A stretch of 64,000 bases of DNA from Desulfosudaceae bacterium (GCA_963674745.2 CAXXDV010000003.1:1440001-1504000); one strand, 5' to 3'. Positions 48,872-59,233 are shown, counted from the first letter of the stretch. Notes: generated by a model not told the origin, from the letters alone. Numbers and translations are program-made.

Positions 48872-48974
48872 TCAATCTGCCGGTTGAAGGACGGCCGTAA
48901 TTGTAATGACCGGATATTTTTTTTGATCATTTGTAGGTGCAGCACCCTGTGTTTGGCCCTATTATCTAAGGTCT

Positions 48975-49032
48975 GTAGGGGCAGGCCCCCGTGCCTGCCC
49001 GGTGAAAGGCACCCACAGGGGGATGCCCCTAC
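48975..49032. repeat. GTAG-family REP doublet
   Basis: GTAGgggcaggcccccgtgcctgccc...ggcacccacagggggatgcccCTAC. Confidence 0.85.
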
Positions 49033-49064
49033 TTTAATTGCTGATAAGGAGAACGACTCCGCCC

Positions 49065-50078
49065 ATGCCTCCGATTTTCCCCTTTACCGCCATTGTGGGC
49101 CAGGACCAGATGAAACTGGGCATGATATTGAATGCCGTCAACCCCGCTGTCGGCGGCATGCTCATCCGGGGTGAAAAAGGGACCGCCAAGAGCACGGCTG
49201 TCCGTGCCCTGGCCGCCCTTCTCCCGGAACTGACCGTTGTCAAAGACTGCCCTTTTAATTGCGACCCGGGTGATCCGACCCATCTGTGCCAGCAATGCCT
49301 GGCCCGCTCCGGTAATCTGCCATGTGTGTCCCGCCCCGGCCGGGTGGTGGAACTGCCCATCAACGCCACCGAAGACCGGGTGGCCGGCACCCTGGACCTG
49401 ACCCACGCCCTGCAGACCGGCGAAAAACGCTTTGAACCCGGCCTGCTGGCCGCGGCCCACCGGGGTATTTTGTACGTGGACGAGGTCAACCTGCTGGATG
49501 ATCATATTGTTGATATCCTTTTGGACAGTGCCGCCATGGGCGTTAATATTGTCGAGCGCGAAGGCGTCAGCTACTCCCACCCGGCCCGTTTTATCCTGGT
49601 GGGCACCATGAATCCCGAAGAAGGCGATTTACGGCCCCAGCTTCTGGACCGGTTCGGCCTGTGTGCCGCCATCACCGGTATCAAAGATAAAGCCGGCCGC
49701 ATGGAACTGATCCGGCGACGGCATGACTTTGAATATGACCCGGCGGCATTTGCCGAACAATTCGCGGCAAAAGAACAGGCCCTGCAGACAAAAATCGTTC
49801 AGGCCAAAAAGAATCTTCCGGAAGTCGGTATTTCAGACAGCATGTTATCCGTAATTTCCAATATCTCCCTGGAAGTGGGGGTGGATGGACACCGGGCCGA
49901 CCTGGTCATGATGAAGGCGGCCATCACCCACGCCGCCCTGGAAGGCCGGACCGAGGTCATCCTGGAAGATGTGCTGGAAACGGCCTCGCTGGCCCTGTAT
50001 CACCGGGCGCGGCGGCATCCCTTTGACGATACCGGCCTTGACATGGATCTGGTCCGGGCAGCCGCGGAAAAGATGTAA
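49065..50078 (+). CDS. Mg/Co-chelatase subunit I-like AAA+ ATPase (BchI/ChlI family)
   Basis: FPFTAIVGQD, GEKGTAKST, ATEDRVAG, YVDEVNLL, LRPQLLDRFG. Confidence 0.9.
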   Translation: MPPIFPFTAIVGQDQMKLGMILNAVNPAVGGMLIRGEKGTAKSTAVRALAALLPELTVVKDCPFNCDPGDPTHLCQQCLARSGNLPCVSRPGRVVELPINATEDRVAGTLDLTHALQTGEKRFEPGLLAAAHRGILYVDEVNLLDDHIVDILLDSAAMGVNIVEREGVSYSHPARFILVGTMNPEEGDLRPQLLDRFGLCAAITGIKDKAGRMELIRRRHDFEYDPAAFAEQFAAKEQALQTKIVQAKKNLPEVGISDSMLSVISNISLEVGVDGHRADLVMMKAAITHAALEGRTEVILEDVLETASLALYHRARRHPFDDTGLDMDLVRAAAEKM

Positions 50079-52012
50079 TGACCGGCAGACGCCAACACCG
50101 TCGGGTTTTTCCGTTTACCGCCATTGTCGGGCAGGACCACCTCAAGCTGGCCCTGATCATCAACGCCATTGTCCCGGGCGGTTTGGGCGTTCTGATCCGT
50201 GGGGAGAAAGGCACGGCTAAAAGCACCTGTGCCCGGGCCCTGGCCGACCTGCTGCCGGATATTCCTTTTGTTACCCTGCCGGTCAATACGTCTGCAGGCA
50301 ACCTGGTCGGAGGGCTGGATTTTGAGCATGCCTTAAAAACCGGCCAACGGCGCTTTACACCCGGCCTGCTGGCCGCAGCCCACCGGGGCATCCTGTACGT
50401 GGACGAGGTCAACCTGCTGGATGACTATCTGGCGGATCTGGTTACCGATGTGTCTGCTTCCGGAATCAATAAGGTAGAGCGGGAAGGCGTCAGTTTTGCC
50501 CATGAGGCACAATTCTCCCTGGTGGCCACCATGAATCCCGAGGAGGGTGAATTGCGGCCCCAGTTTCTGGACCGTTTCGGGTTGTGCGTATCTGTCTCCG
50601 GTATTGCCAGCCCGGGGTTGCGAATGGAACTGCTGCGGCGAATATACGCCTTTGAGCAGGACCCGCATGCGTTTCTGGCATCTTATGCTCAGGCTCAACA
50701 ACAGGAACAGCAACGGATCAGTGAAGCATTCTCCGTTTATGATTCAGTTACCATTGCGGACCAACAGATCGACTTTATCGTTTCCGCCTGCCTGCAAGCC
50801 AATACCGCCGGGCACCGGGCGGAAATATCAGCCGACAAGGCCGCCCGGGCCCTGGCCGCGTATGAAAGCCGCACAGCCGTGAACGACCGGGATATCATGA
50901 CCGGCCTGGGACTGGCCCTGATCCATCGCATGCGGCCTTCTGACAAAGACCGGAAAGTAGCGGATGCAAATCATGAATATGCCGGCCGCATGGACGGGCC
51001 TCATTCTGCCACCTGCCCCCGTGATCCGGCCGGGCAATCTGCTCCCGAACCGATAGAAGGCGATTTCCTTCAGCCCTTTCTAATTCGTGACGGAGAAGGG
51101 CCGGATGAAGCGGAGCGCTCTCTCCGGCCGGGCCAGGCAAAGGGCGGGACGATATTTGACATTGACGAAAACATGATGGTTTCCGCACGGGAGGTGAGGC
51201 ATAAGGCTGCCTTTGAGCGGCAGAAAAAAGGCCGGCGCCACCGCTCCCGCAGCCAGGACAAGCGGGGCCGGTATATTCGTTTTACGTCACAGCGGACAAA
51301 CAATGATATTGCCCTGGACGCCACCATCCGGGCGGCAGCAGTCAACCAGAAAAACCGTCCCAAAGGTTCCCTGGCCGTTAATATCCAACCCGAAGATATC
51401 CGGGAAAAAATCCGGGAGCATAAATCCCGGGCCGTGCTGATCTTTACGGTCGATGCCTCGGGCTCCATGGGTACCCGTCTGATGAGCGAAACCAAGGGGG
51501 CGATTTTAAGCCTTCTTCTTGAGGCCTATCAGAACCGGGACAAGGTCAGCCTGATCGCATTTAAGGATGACCGGGCCGAGGTCCTGCTGACGCCCACCAG
51601 CAGCATCGAGCTGGCCAGAAAGAAACTCCGGGACCTGCCCGCCGGCGGCAAGACCCCGCTGGCCGCCGGGATGATCCGGGGATATGAACTGGCCCGGTCC
51701 GGCATCCGGCGTGACCGCAAAACCCTGCCCATCCTGATCCTGGTCAGCGACGGCAAGGCCAATGTCGGGGCCAGCACCCGCATATCCTACTCCATGGAAC
51801 GGGCCGGCCGGATATACGATGAGGTGTTTGCCGTGGCCCGGACCATTCACAACGACCAGTTGGTTCAATCCCTGGTGATCAACACCGAACAGGAAACCAT
51901 GGGCGGGTTCGGCATGGCTGAAAGAATCGCCGAACACATGGGCGCCCGCTATATTGCCCCGGAACGGATCAGCGCGGAGACCATCAGCCGGGCGGTCCGT
52001 CAATTGGTGTAG
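50078..52012 (+). CDS. Chelatase subunit D-like protein (AAA+ plus vWA; ChlD family)
   Basis: AAA domain, linker, DASGSM MIDAS, GGKTPLA, SDGKAN. Confidence 0.88.
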   Translation: MTGRRQHRRVFPFTAIVGQDHLKLALIINAIVPGGLGVLIRGEKGTAKSTCARALADLLPDIPFVTLPVNTSAGNLVGGLDFEHALKTGQRRFTPGLLAAAHRGILYVDEVNLLDDYLADLVTDVSASGINKVEREGVSFAHEAQFSLVATMNPEEGELRPQFLDRFGLCVSVSGIASPGLRMELLRRIYAFEQDPHAFLASYAQAQQQEQQRISEAFSVYDSVTIADQQIDFIVSACLQANTAGHRAEISADKAARALAAYESRTAVNDRDIMTGLGLALIHRMRPSDKDRKVADANHEYAGRMDGPHSATCPRDPAGQSAPEPIEGDFLQPFLIRDGEGPDEAERSLRPGQAKGGTIFDIDENMMVSAREVRHKAAFERQKKGRRHRSRSQDKRGRYIRFTSQRTNNDIALDATIRAAAVNQKNRPKGSLAVNIQPEDIREKIREHKSRAVLIFTVDASGSMGTRLMSETKGAILSLLLEAYQNRDKVSLIAFKDDRAEVLLTPTSSIELARKKLRDLPAGGKTPLAAGMIRGYELARSGIRRDRKTLPILILVSDGKANVGASTRISYSMERAGRIYDEVFAVARTIHNDQLVQSLVINTEQETMGGFGMAERIAEHMGARYIAPERISAETISRAVRQLV

Positions 52013-52067
52013 GGGCACCCCCCTGTGGGTGCCCTTTTATCGGGCAGGCACAGGGGCCTGCCCCTAC
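52009..52067. repeat. GTAG-family REP doublet overlapping the stop codon
   Basis: GTAGgggcacccccctgtgggtgccc...gggcaggcacaggggcctgcccCTAC; near reverse complement of 48975-49032. Confidence 0.88.
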
Positions 52068-52222
52068 ATGAACACGTGTCCTGCGCCTTGCAGAACCGTC
52101 CGAATCAACTCGTAAAATATCCGTTTTAATGGTATATATACGGCCGGAGTTGGATCGGACCGAAAACTGATATATATTTAGAAATGCGACTGAAAACCAC
52201 CACAAAATAAGGAAAGATCCGC

Positions 52223-53998
52223 ATGTCCATCTGGATTGTAACGGCCATTCTGATCATCGCGCTCGTCCTTCTGGTTTCGGAAAAAATATCAGTCGACCGG
52301 ACCGCCATCGGCCTTATGGCCGTTCTTGCCATTAGCGGTATCCTGACACCGAAAGAGGCGGTGGAAGGCTTTGCCAACCCTGCCGTGATAACCGTAGGCG
52401 CCATGTTCCTGATCAGCCGTGGCTTGATCCGGACCGGCGCCGTTGGTTTCATCACGGAATATGTTCTTCGTTTTTCCCGGGGAAACAGCACCATTGCGTT
52501 TATAACCGTCCTTCTGACCGTGGGGTGTGCGTCCGCCTTTATTAACAATACACCCGTGGTGGTACTGTTCATACCGATTGTCATGAGCCTGAGCTGCGAG
52601 TATGATCTCAGCCCCTCTAAGCTGCTAATCCCGATTTCCTATATGTCAATTCTGGCGGGAACATGCACGCTGGTAGGGACATCCACCAACATTATCGTCA
52701 GTGACCTGAGCGCGATTTACGGTTATGGAGAACTCGGCATGTTTGAGCTGACAATCCTGGGACTCCCCATTGCGATAGTAGGCCTCATCTTTTTATGGCT
52801 GGCATCAAAACGCCTGATGCCCGGACATGCGGCGCCGGTATGCGAAATCGAAGAGCGGGAAGACAAGCGTTACCTGGCCCAGTTTCTGGTTCCTCCGGAC
52901 AGCCAGTTGATCGGTCAAAGCCTTCCTGAAGTTATTCAGGAAAAGTATCCGTCATTAAAGCTCATCGAAATTGTGAGACAATCCCGCTTTATCAATCCGG
53001 CCGGCGCGTCTACCCTTCTTCTGGAAGGTGATATTTTGCTGGTAAAAGGATCCGCCGATGATCTGGTCGCCATGCTTCAAAGCGAAACGGTCGTGCTGCC
53101 GCACAGCGAGGAAGAGGTCCAATTTTCCTCGGATATGGAAAACAACCTGTTCGTTGAACTGATCGTTCCGCCCCAGTCATCGGTGATCCGGGACAAGCTT
53201 CTTTCCACCCGTCTTCATGGTGACCCGGATATTCAAATCATCGCGGTCAAAAGCCGGCGCCTGCATTATTCGGAGCAGAAAATTCAAAATGTTACCCTGC
53301 GGATCGGCGATATTATCCTGGTCCGTTGTTCCAAGAAAAAACTGGATCAGTTAAGATCCAGCGGCGAGTACATCATCGTTGAGGACGTCCATCACACCCT
53401 CATTGACAAGAGCAAAGCCCGTATGGCTTTTCTGATCTTTGCCGGTATCATTGTAACAGCGACTTCGGGACTCGCTGATATTATGACATGCGCCCTGACC
53501 GGCGTTTTTCTGATGGCCGTTTTGGGATGTTTGAGCCTGCGGGACGCTTATCGGGCACTTGAGCCGGAAGTGCTGCTCCTGATTATCAGCATGATCGCCA
53601 TGGGGAACGCCATTGGGAAAACAGGCGCGACTCAGTTATATGCCGAAAATTTTTTACGCCTGTTTCAGGGCCTGGGACCCGAATTCGTGCTCTTCGGGAT
53701 AATCCTCCTGACCAGCATCAGCACACAGCTTTTGAGCAACAATGCAACTGCCGTGCTTCTCCTGCCCATCGCTATCTCGACCGCCATTACGTTAGGCGTC
53801 AATCCCAAACCCTTTATCATCGGGATCTGTTTCGGCGCAAGCGCCTGCTTTGCCACGCCGCTGGGGTACCAGACCAACCTGCTGGTTTACGGTCCCGGCG
53901 GATATCATTTCAGCGACTACCTTAAAATGGGCATTCCCCTGAACATCCTCGTAATATTGATGGGTTCGTTCTTTATACCCTTAATCTGGGCGTTTTAA
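52223..53998 (+). CDS. SLC13/CitMHS-family permease with TrkA-C domains
   Basis: SAFINNTP, GTSTN, SNNATA, TPLGYQTN, GPGGY. Confidence 0.92.
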   Translation: MSIWIVTAILIIALVLLVSEKISVDRTAIGLMAVLAISGILTPKEAVEGFANPAVITVGAMFLISRGLIRTGAVGFITEYVLRFSRGNSTIAFITVLLTVGCASAFINNTPVVVLFIPIVMSLSCEYDLSPSKLLIPISYMSILAGTCTLVGTSTNIIVSDLSAIYGYGELGMFELTILGLPIAIVGLIFLWLASKRLMPGHAAPVCEIEEREDKRYLAQFLVPPDSQLIGQSLPEVIQEKYPSLKLIEIVRQSRFINPAGASTLLLEGDILLVKGSADDLVAMLQSETVVLPHSEEEVQFSSDMENNLFVELIVPPQSSVIRDKLLSTRLHGDPDIQIIAVKSRRLHYSEQKIQNVTLRIGDIILVRCSKKKLDQLRSSGEYIIVEDVHHTLIDKSKARMAFLIFAGIIVTATSGLADIMTCALTGVFLMAVLGCLSLRDAYRALEPEVLLLIISMIAMGNAIGKTGATQLYAENFLRLFQGLGPEFVLFGIILLTSISTQLLSNNATAVLLLPIAISTAITLGVNPKPFIIGICFGASACFATPLGYQTNLLVYGPGGYHFSDYLKMGIPLNILVILMGSFFIPLIWAF

Positions 53999-54102
53999 AT
54001 TCCGAGTTTTTCTGTAGTCTTTTGGCTTTCAATGAGCAGTGAATTAGGGTATCGTTTTAGAGCGGTTGATCGCACATAACAACAGCTTAAACGGAGTGGG
54101 AT

Positions 54103-55260
54103 ATGAATAAATGCCGTAGAACGCTGCTTCTGTCCGCAACATTTTCAATTCTGTTTTCCTTTTTACCGGCCGGGGTTTTTGCCGTTCCCGTACCCGATAC
54201 CGGGCAGACGGCATGTTATGATGATGCCGGTGATGCCATCACCTGCCCCTCTTCCGGGCAACCGTTTTACGGTCAGGACGGAAATTACACCATCAATCCC
54301 ATGACTTTTACCAAACTGAATGGTGCGGGCAAGGCCCTGCCCGCTGATGCGGACGCCTGGGTCCTGGTGAAGGACAATGTCACCGGCCTGATCTGGGAGG
54401 TCAAACAGGACAAGGATGGGACGGAGGATTACACCAACCCCCATGACGCCGACAACATCTATACCTGGTATGATTCCAACCCGGCCACTAACGGCGGCGA
54501 TGCCGGTTTAGCCGGCGATGGAACCGACACCGAAGATTTCATAAAGGCCTTAAACGCGGCCGATTACGGCGGCTATAATGACTGGCGGCTGCCCACGGCC
54601 AGGGAACTGGAATCCATTATCGATTGCGGCACCGCCTTCCCTGCCCCGTCGGTTAACGCGGCCTATTTCCCGAATACGGCCGAGTCCTGGTACCGGTCGT
54701 CCACGACCGTGGCTGATGACAACACCGTTCCCATAGACGTCTCCTTTTTTTATGGCCTCGGCGTTTATTACTTTTCAAAAGCGTATGCCTATTCGGCGCG
54801 GGCTGTGCGGGGCGGCGGACCGACAAAGCCCCTGGTTGTCAACAAGAATGGCACCGTAACAGATCCGGAATCCGGGTTGATGTGGCAGCAAGCCCCGCCG
54901 ACAGGGAACTTCACCTGGCAGCAGGCCCTGAATTATGCCGAAAACCTTTCGCTGGCAGGACACAAGGACTGGCGTCTGCCGACAATCAAAGAGTTACAGA
55001 CCATAGCCAATCTTGCCGGAGACCCGGCCGTTAACCAGGCGTTTCCGGATATGGCGAACCCGCCGGAGACCCCATTCCTGTCATCAACGTCCTGGACGCC
55101 GGATACAAGTTACGTCTGGGCCGTGTCCTTTGGCCAGGACATCGGCCAGCCTTACGTAAAAAACGATACCGGCAATGTCCTTGCCGTACGCGGGGGAAAG
55201 GCCGGGTCTGATGATGATGACTGCTGCGGATGTTTTATCCAGACGATGTCTGTCAAATAA
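54103..55260 (+). CDS. Exported tandem DUF1566 (Lcl-C-like) protein with CFIxT tail
   Basis: PDTGQT, DNVTGLIWE, DWRLPT twice; ends DDDDCCGCFIQTMSVK. Confidence 0.88.
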   Translation: MNKCRRTLLLSATFSILFSFLPAGVFAVPVPDTGQTACYDDAGDAITCPSSGQPFYGQDGNYTINPMTFTKLNGAGKALPADADAWVLVKDNVTGLIWEVKQDKDGTEDYTNPHDADNIYTWYDSNPATNGGDAGLAGDGTDTEDFIKALNAADYGGYNDWRLPTARELESIIDCGTAFPAPSVNAAYFPNTAESWYRSSTTVADDNTVPIDVSFFYGLGVYYFSKAYAYSARAVRGGGPTKPLVVNKNGTVTDPESGLMWQQAPPTGNFTWQQALNYAENLSLAGHKDWRLPTIKELQTIANLAGDPAVNQAFPDMANPPETPFLSSTSWTPDTSYVWAVSFGQDIGQPYVKNDTGNVLAVRGGKAGSDDDDCCGCFIQTMSVK

Positions 55261-55296
55261 CCCCTTTACCACTATCATCATCAAGGAAAAAAAACT

Positions 55297-55656
55297 ATGA
55301 AGATCGCTTTACCCTCACGTAACAATGAAATTGACGAACACTTCGGGCACTGTGACCACTTCACGGTGTACACAATCGACGACCGGAATAAAATCATATC
55401 TGAGGAAAAGGTGGCCTCACCCGCGGGATGTGGCTGCAAATCGGATATCGCACAGACACTGGCGGAAAAAGGCGTTAAAGTTCTTTTGGCAGGCAACATG
55501 GGCCAGGGCGCGGTTAATGTTTTAAACCGTCAGGGCATTGAGGTTCTGCGCGGCTGTTCGGGTGACGTGAAAGCAGTGGCAGAAAAATGGCTTGCGGGCG
55601 ATCTTAAGGATTCGGGGTTTACCTGCGTCAATCATGAACATGGCTGCCATGAATAA
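55297..55656 (+). CDS. NifB/NifX-family (FeMo-co biosynthesis-like) small protein
   Basis: MKIALP, EHFGHC, GMG-type motif (GNMGQGA), Cys/His-rich tail. Confidence 0.85.
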   Translation: MKIALPSRNNEIDEHFGHCDHFTVYTIDDRNKIISEEKVASPAGCGCKSDIAQTLAEKGVKVLLAGNMGQGAVNVLNRQGIEVLRGCSGDVKAVAEKWLAGDLKDSGFTCVNHEHGCHE

Positions 55657-55696
55657 CCGCGGATGTTGAATCCCGGGAATCCCAATCCCGGGCACA

Positions 55697-56390
55697 GTGC
55701 TTATTCGGTCCACTCCTCCCCTTTTCAGACATGTTGATGATACCGGCCCCGTTGTGAACATGGCGGAACTGGTCGGGCACGCTGCCGTAAGATTTGTCGC
55801 TTCTGATACGCGGCGGGGTAAAATGCCGCCAAAAGAACTTGAAAAATGTCTGGACCTGACCAGACGGTCATTTGATGAGGGGGCGTGTGGATTAAGCTTC
55901 GGGCTCGGGTATGACCCGGGGATGTATTCTCCTCTTGAAGAACTGGAGGCCTTCTGCGCGGTCGCCGCCAAAGCCGGGAAACCGGTTGCCGTTCATATGA
56001 AGGCGCTTTCATGGATGTCCCCGTGTTACCCGCCTGCTACGCTTAAGGCACATAATGTCCTGGCCCTTGAACAGATGCTTGACCTGGCAGGGAAAACAGG
56101 CGTTCGGTTGCAGTTATCTCATTTTATTTTTGTCGGACGGCGAACCTGGCCGACTGCTGACCGGTGTATCCACCGGTTATCCGAATCCTGCCAGCATGGG
56201 AACGTTTCCAAAGATTCTGGGGAAATATGTGCGTGATAAAAAAATGCTTCGCCTTGAAGATGCGGTAAAAAGAATGACATCGGCAAGTGCCCAACGGTTT
56301 GGTTTAACCGGCACCGGTTCTTTAGAACCGGGCAAAGCTTCAGATATTGTGCTTTTTGACCCGGCATGCAGCCGGATAGCGCCAATTTGA
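55697..56390 (+). pseudogene. N-acyl-D-amino-acid deacylase remnant (5'-truncated, internal deletion with frameshift)
   Basis: GHAAVR, GLSFGLGYDPG, QLSH in one frame; PNPASMGTFPKILGKYVRD...DIVLFDP in another; N-terminal metal motif absent. Confidence 0.8.
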
Positions 56391-56455
56391 TCCCTGAAAA
56401 AAACATTTGCTTTCACTGCGGAAAATGATAAGGTCCAGCCTGCTTTTGAACTTTG

Positions 56456-56490
56456 AGCCACAGGATGCGCTCCTGTGGTTTTTTTATTTA
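56456..56490 (+). terminator. Intrinsic terminator / possible attenuator upstream of the ABC-F gene
   Basis: agccacagga-tgcgc-tcctgtggtt followed by a T-run, about 30 nt before ATG 56515. Confidence 0.65.
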
Positions 56491-56514
56491 ACAAAAGATG
56501 GGGACAAAACAACA

Positions 56515-58140
56515 ATGATTTGCGCAACCAACGTGACCCTCGCCTACGGCAAGAGGGTTCTGTTCAAAGACGTCAATATAAAGTTTACACCGGGTAACTG
56601 TTATGGACTCATCGGCGCGAACGGCGCAGGAAAGTCCACATTTCTGCAAATTCTTTCCGGGAATATCGAGCCGGACTCGGGAACTGTCTCAGTTGGATCA
56701 AGGGAGCGAATCGCGGTTTTAAAGCAGGACCACTTTGCCTTTGACGAGGATACGGTTTTAAACACTGTGCTCATGGGCCATGAAAAGCTTTACAAAATTA
56801 TGGCAGAGAGGGAAGCGCTTTATGCCAGGCCCAATTTTTCCGTAGAAGATGGAATCAGGTCAGGTGAGATTGAAGTCGAATTCGAGGAGATGAACGGCTA
56901 TGAGGCAGAGTCTGAAGCGGCGGTCCTCTTAGACAGTCTGGGAGTTGCCGAAGAGATGCACCAAAGAAGGATGAAGGAGCTAGAAGGCGGAGATAAGGTC
57001 CGGGTACTCCTTGCCCAGGCCCTGTTCGGGAACCCGGACGTCCTGCTCCTGGATGAGCCTACCAACAACCTGGACATCAAGTCCATTGCCTGGCTTGAGG
57101 AATTTCTCTACAGGTTCCAGAACACGGTAATCGTGGTATCACATGACCGTCATTTCATGAACCAGGTGTGCACGCACATTGCAGACATTGATTTCGGTAA
57201 GATCGCTGTGTACGTAGGGAACTACGATTTCTGGTACCAGGCCAGCCAGCTGAACCTGAGACAGAAACAGGCGGAAAACAGGAAAATCACGGACCGGGCC
57301 GATGAACTAAAGGCTTTTATCCAGAGGTTCAGTTCCAACGCATCCAAATCGAAGCAGGCCACCTCCCGGAAAAAGCTCTTGGCGAAACTCACCATTGAGG
57401 ACATGCCGGTGTCCTCAAGAAGATACCCGTTTATTCGCTTCAAGCCGGAACGCCCCTGCGGCAACGTGATCCTGGAAGTGGACGGACTCACCAAGACCAT
57501 CGATGGTGAAAAGGTACTGAACAACGTGAGCTTTACTGTGAAAGGCGGGGACAAGATCGCCTTTACGGGCGGGAACAGCCTGGCCAGCACAACCCTCTTC
57601 CAAATCCTGGCAGGCGAGATTGAGCCGGACAGCGGTACTTTCTGCTGGGGACGCACAATTACCCATTCCTATTTCCCCAAGGAACACAGCGTTTATTTCA
57701 ATGGCGACCGGAGCCTTATCGAGTGGTTCCTGCAGTTCGCGCCCCCCACCGAGGGAGAGAGCTTTGCCAGAACCTTCCTGGGACGCATGCTCTTTTCAGG
57801 GGAAGAGGCCATTAAAAAGATCAGTGTGCTATCCGGCGGAGAAAAGGTTCGCTGTATGCTCTCAAGGATGATGCTTTCCGAATCCAATGTCCTGATACTG
57901 GATGAACCCACCAACCACCTGGACCTGGAATCGATCACTGCCCTAAATGATAGCCTGCTCAAATTCCAGGAAGTGATTCTTTTCACCTCCCATGACCATG
58001 AGTTCGTGAATACCGTGGCAAACCGGATCATAGAAATCACCCCAGGCGGCGTCATTGACCGGCTCATGACTTTTGAAGAGTATATTGAAAGTAAGGAAGT
58101 CGCGGATACCCGGGAAGCCATGGCCAGGAAGGCCGCTTAG
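56515..58140 (+). CDS. ABC-F ATPase (YbiT/YkpA-like)
   Basis: GANGAGKST, LLDEPTNNLD, RFSSNASKSKQATSR, LSGGEK. Confidence 0.92.
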   Translation: MICATNVTLAYGKRVLFKDVNIKFTPGNCYGLIGANGAGKSTFLQILSGNIEPDSGTVSVGSRERIAVLKQDHFAFDEDTVLNTVLMGHEKLYKIMAEREALYARPNFSVEDGIRSGEIEVEFEEMNGYEAESEAAVLLDSLGVAEEMHQRRMKELEGGDKVRVLLAQALFGNPDVLLLDEPTNNLDIKSIAWLEEFLYRFQNTVIVVSHDRHFMNQVCTHIADIDFGKIAVYVGNYDFWYQASQLNLRQKQAENRKITDRADELKAFIQRFSSNASKSKQATSRKKLLAKLTIEDMPVSSRRYPFIRFKPERPCGNVILEVDGLTKTIDGEKVLNNVSFTVKGGDKIAFTGGNSLASTTLFQILAGEIEPDSGTFCWGRTITHSYFPKEHSVYFNGDRSLIEWFLQFAPPTEGESFARTFLGRMLFSGEEAIKKISVLSGGEKVRCMLSRMMLSESNVLILDEPTNHLDLESITALNDSLLKFQEVILFTSHDHEFVNTVANRIIEITPGGVIDRLMTFEEYIESKEVADTREAMARKAA

Positions 58141-58147
58141 GGGTTAA

Positions 58148-58906
58148 ATGAAACCGACAATAAAATTATCAACCGCCCGGACCCCGGATGGCAGCGAGAT
58201 GGTGCTTTATCAACATGGCTGTGATTTCTCGATCAAGATCAACAATCAGAACTTGATGAGCAGTCGACAACATGAGTCGGAACTCGAACTTGCACGGCTG
58301 GGCTGTGCGCATCTGGCAGGTCACAAGAGACCCAGCATCCTCATCGGCGGATTGGGTATGGGCTATACCCTGCGCCAGGCGCTTGATTTGCTCGGCCCCA
58401 ACGCGAAAATTGTCGTGGGTGAGCTGATGGATTCAGTCGTTAAATGGAACCGGCAGTTTTTTGGTAAACTCAACGGCCAACCGTTGGAGGACAAACGCGT
58501 TAACTTGAAAACAGGCGATATTGTCGAACTTATCTCACGTTCCAAAAGCAGGTTCGATGCGATCCTGCTTGATATCGATAATGGCCCCAGCGCGATGACC
58601 GATTCAGGCAATCGCCGATTATATGGCCTCGGTGGTATTCAAGCCTGCTGCCACGCGCTGCGCGAAAAAGGATGCCTGGCCGTGTGGTCGGCTGTGCCGA
58701 GTAAGAATTTTGAGCAACGCCTGATAAGCTGCGGTTTTCATGTCAGCCGTTTTCGGGTTCCTGCCTACCAAGGAAGCAAATCAGAGTCCCGTTTTGTATT
58801 TGTCGCCTCAGCAGATAAGCGCATCCTGCCCCCGGGTGGCGGCGAGCCGCGCCTCCCGGTCAAGACTGCGTCAAAAAGAACTCGCAGAAGGTTCCGGAAT
58901 GGTTAA
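58148..58906 (+). CDS. Spermidine-synthase-like SAM-dependent methyltransferase
   Basis: LIGGLGMGYTL, ILLDIDNGP, LAVWS. Confidence 0.85.
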   Translation: MKPTIKLSTARTPDGSEMVLYQHGCDFSIKINNQNLMSSRQHESELELARLGCAHLAGHKRPSILIGGLGMGYTLRQALDLLGPNAKIVVGELMDSVVKWNRQFFGKLNGQPLEDKRVNLKTGDIVELISRSKSRFDAILLDIDNGPSAMTDSGNRRLYGLGGIQACCHALREKGCLAVWSAVPSKNFEQRLISCGFHVSRFRVPAYQGSKSESRFVFVASADKRILPPGGGEPRLPVKTASKRTRRRFRNG

Positions 58907-59233
58907 GATCTTATCAGGCAATAAGAAAGCCTCGGGCACGTTCTCATCCGGGCGCACCGGCATGCTTGACAGGTAAAAACAGGGCACGATTAAAAAGGGC
59001 GCCCCACTCTTCCCCCAAAACCGTTTGACTTTGGCGCGATTTATGTGAAACAACCGTCCTAACCCGGATATTTGAAGAATTTTTCCGACATAATATTGCT
59101 TAATTTCCTTAAAAAAAGTCAATGACTGTTTGTATTTTGAAAAACAGTCCGATATATTAACAACACTCTGTTATATATTGCTTTATTCTCTTTTGTCGGA
59201 AAAGTTCATGAAATATTCGGGCTAAACCACATA

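Noticed and set aside
49065..52012. Evidence for photosynthesis, or a programmed chlD frameshift
   Set aside because: No ChlH or bch genes; I and D are separate intact ORFs.
55297..55656. Nitrogen fixation gene
   Set aside because: Stand-alone NifB/NifX-like domains are common in non-diazotrophs; no nif genes nearby.
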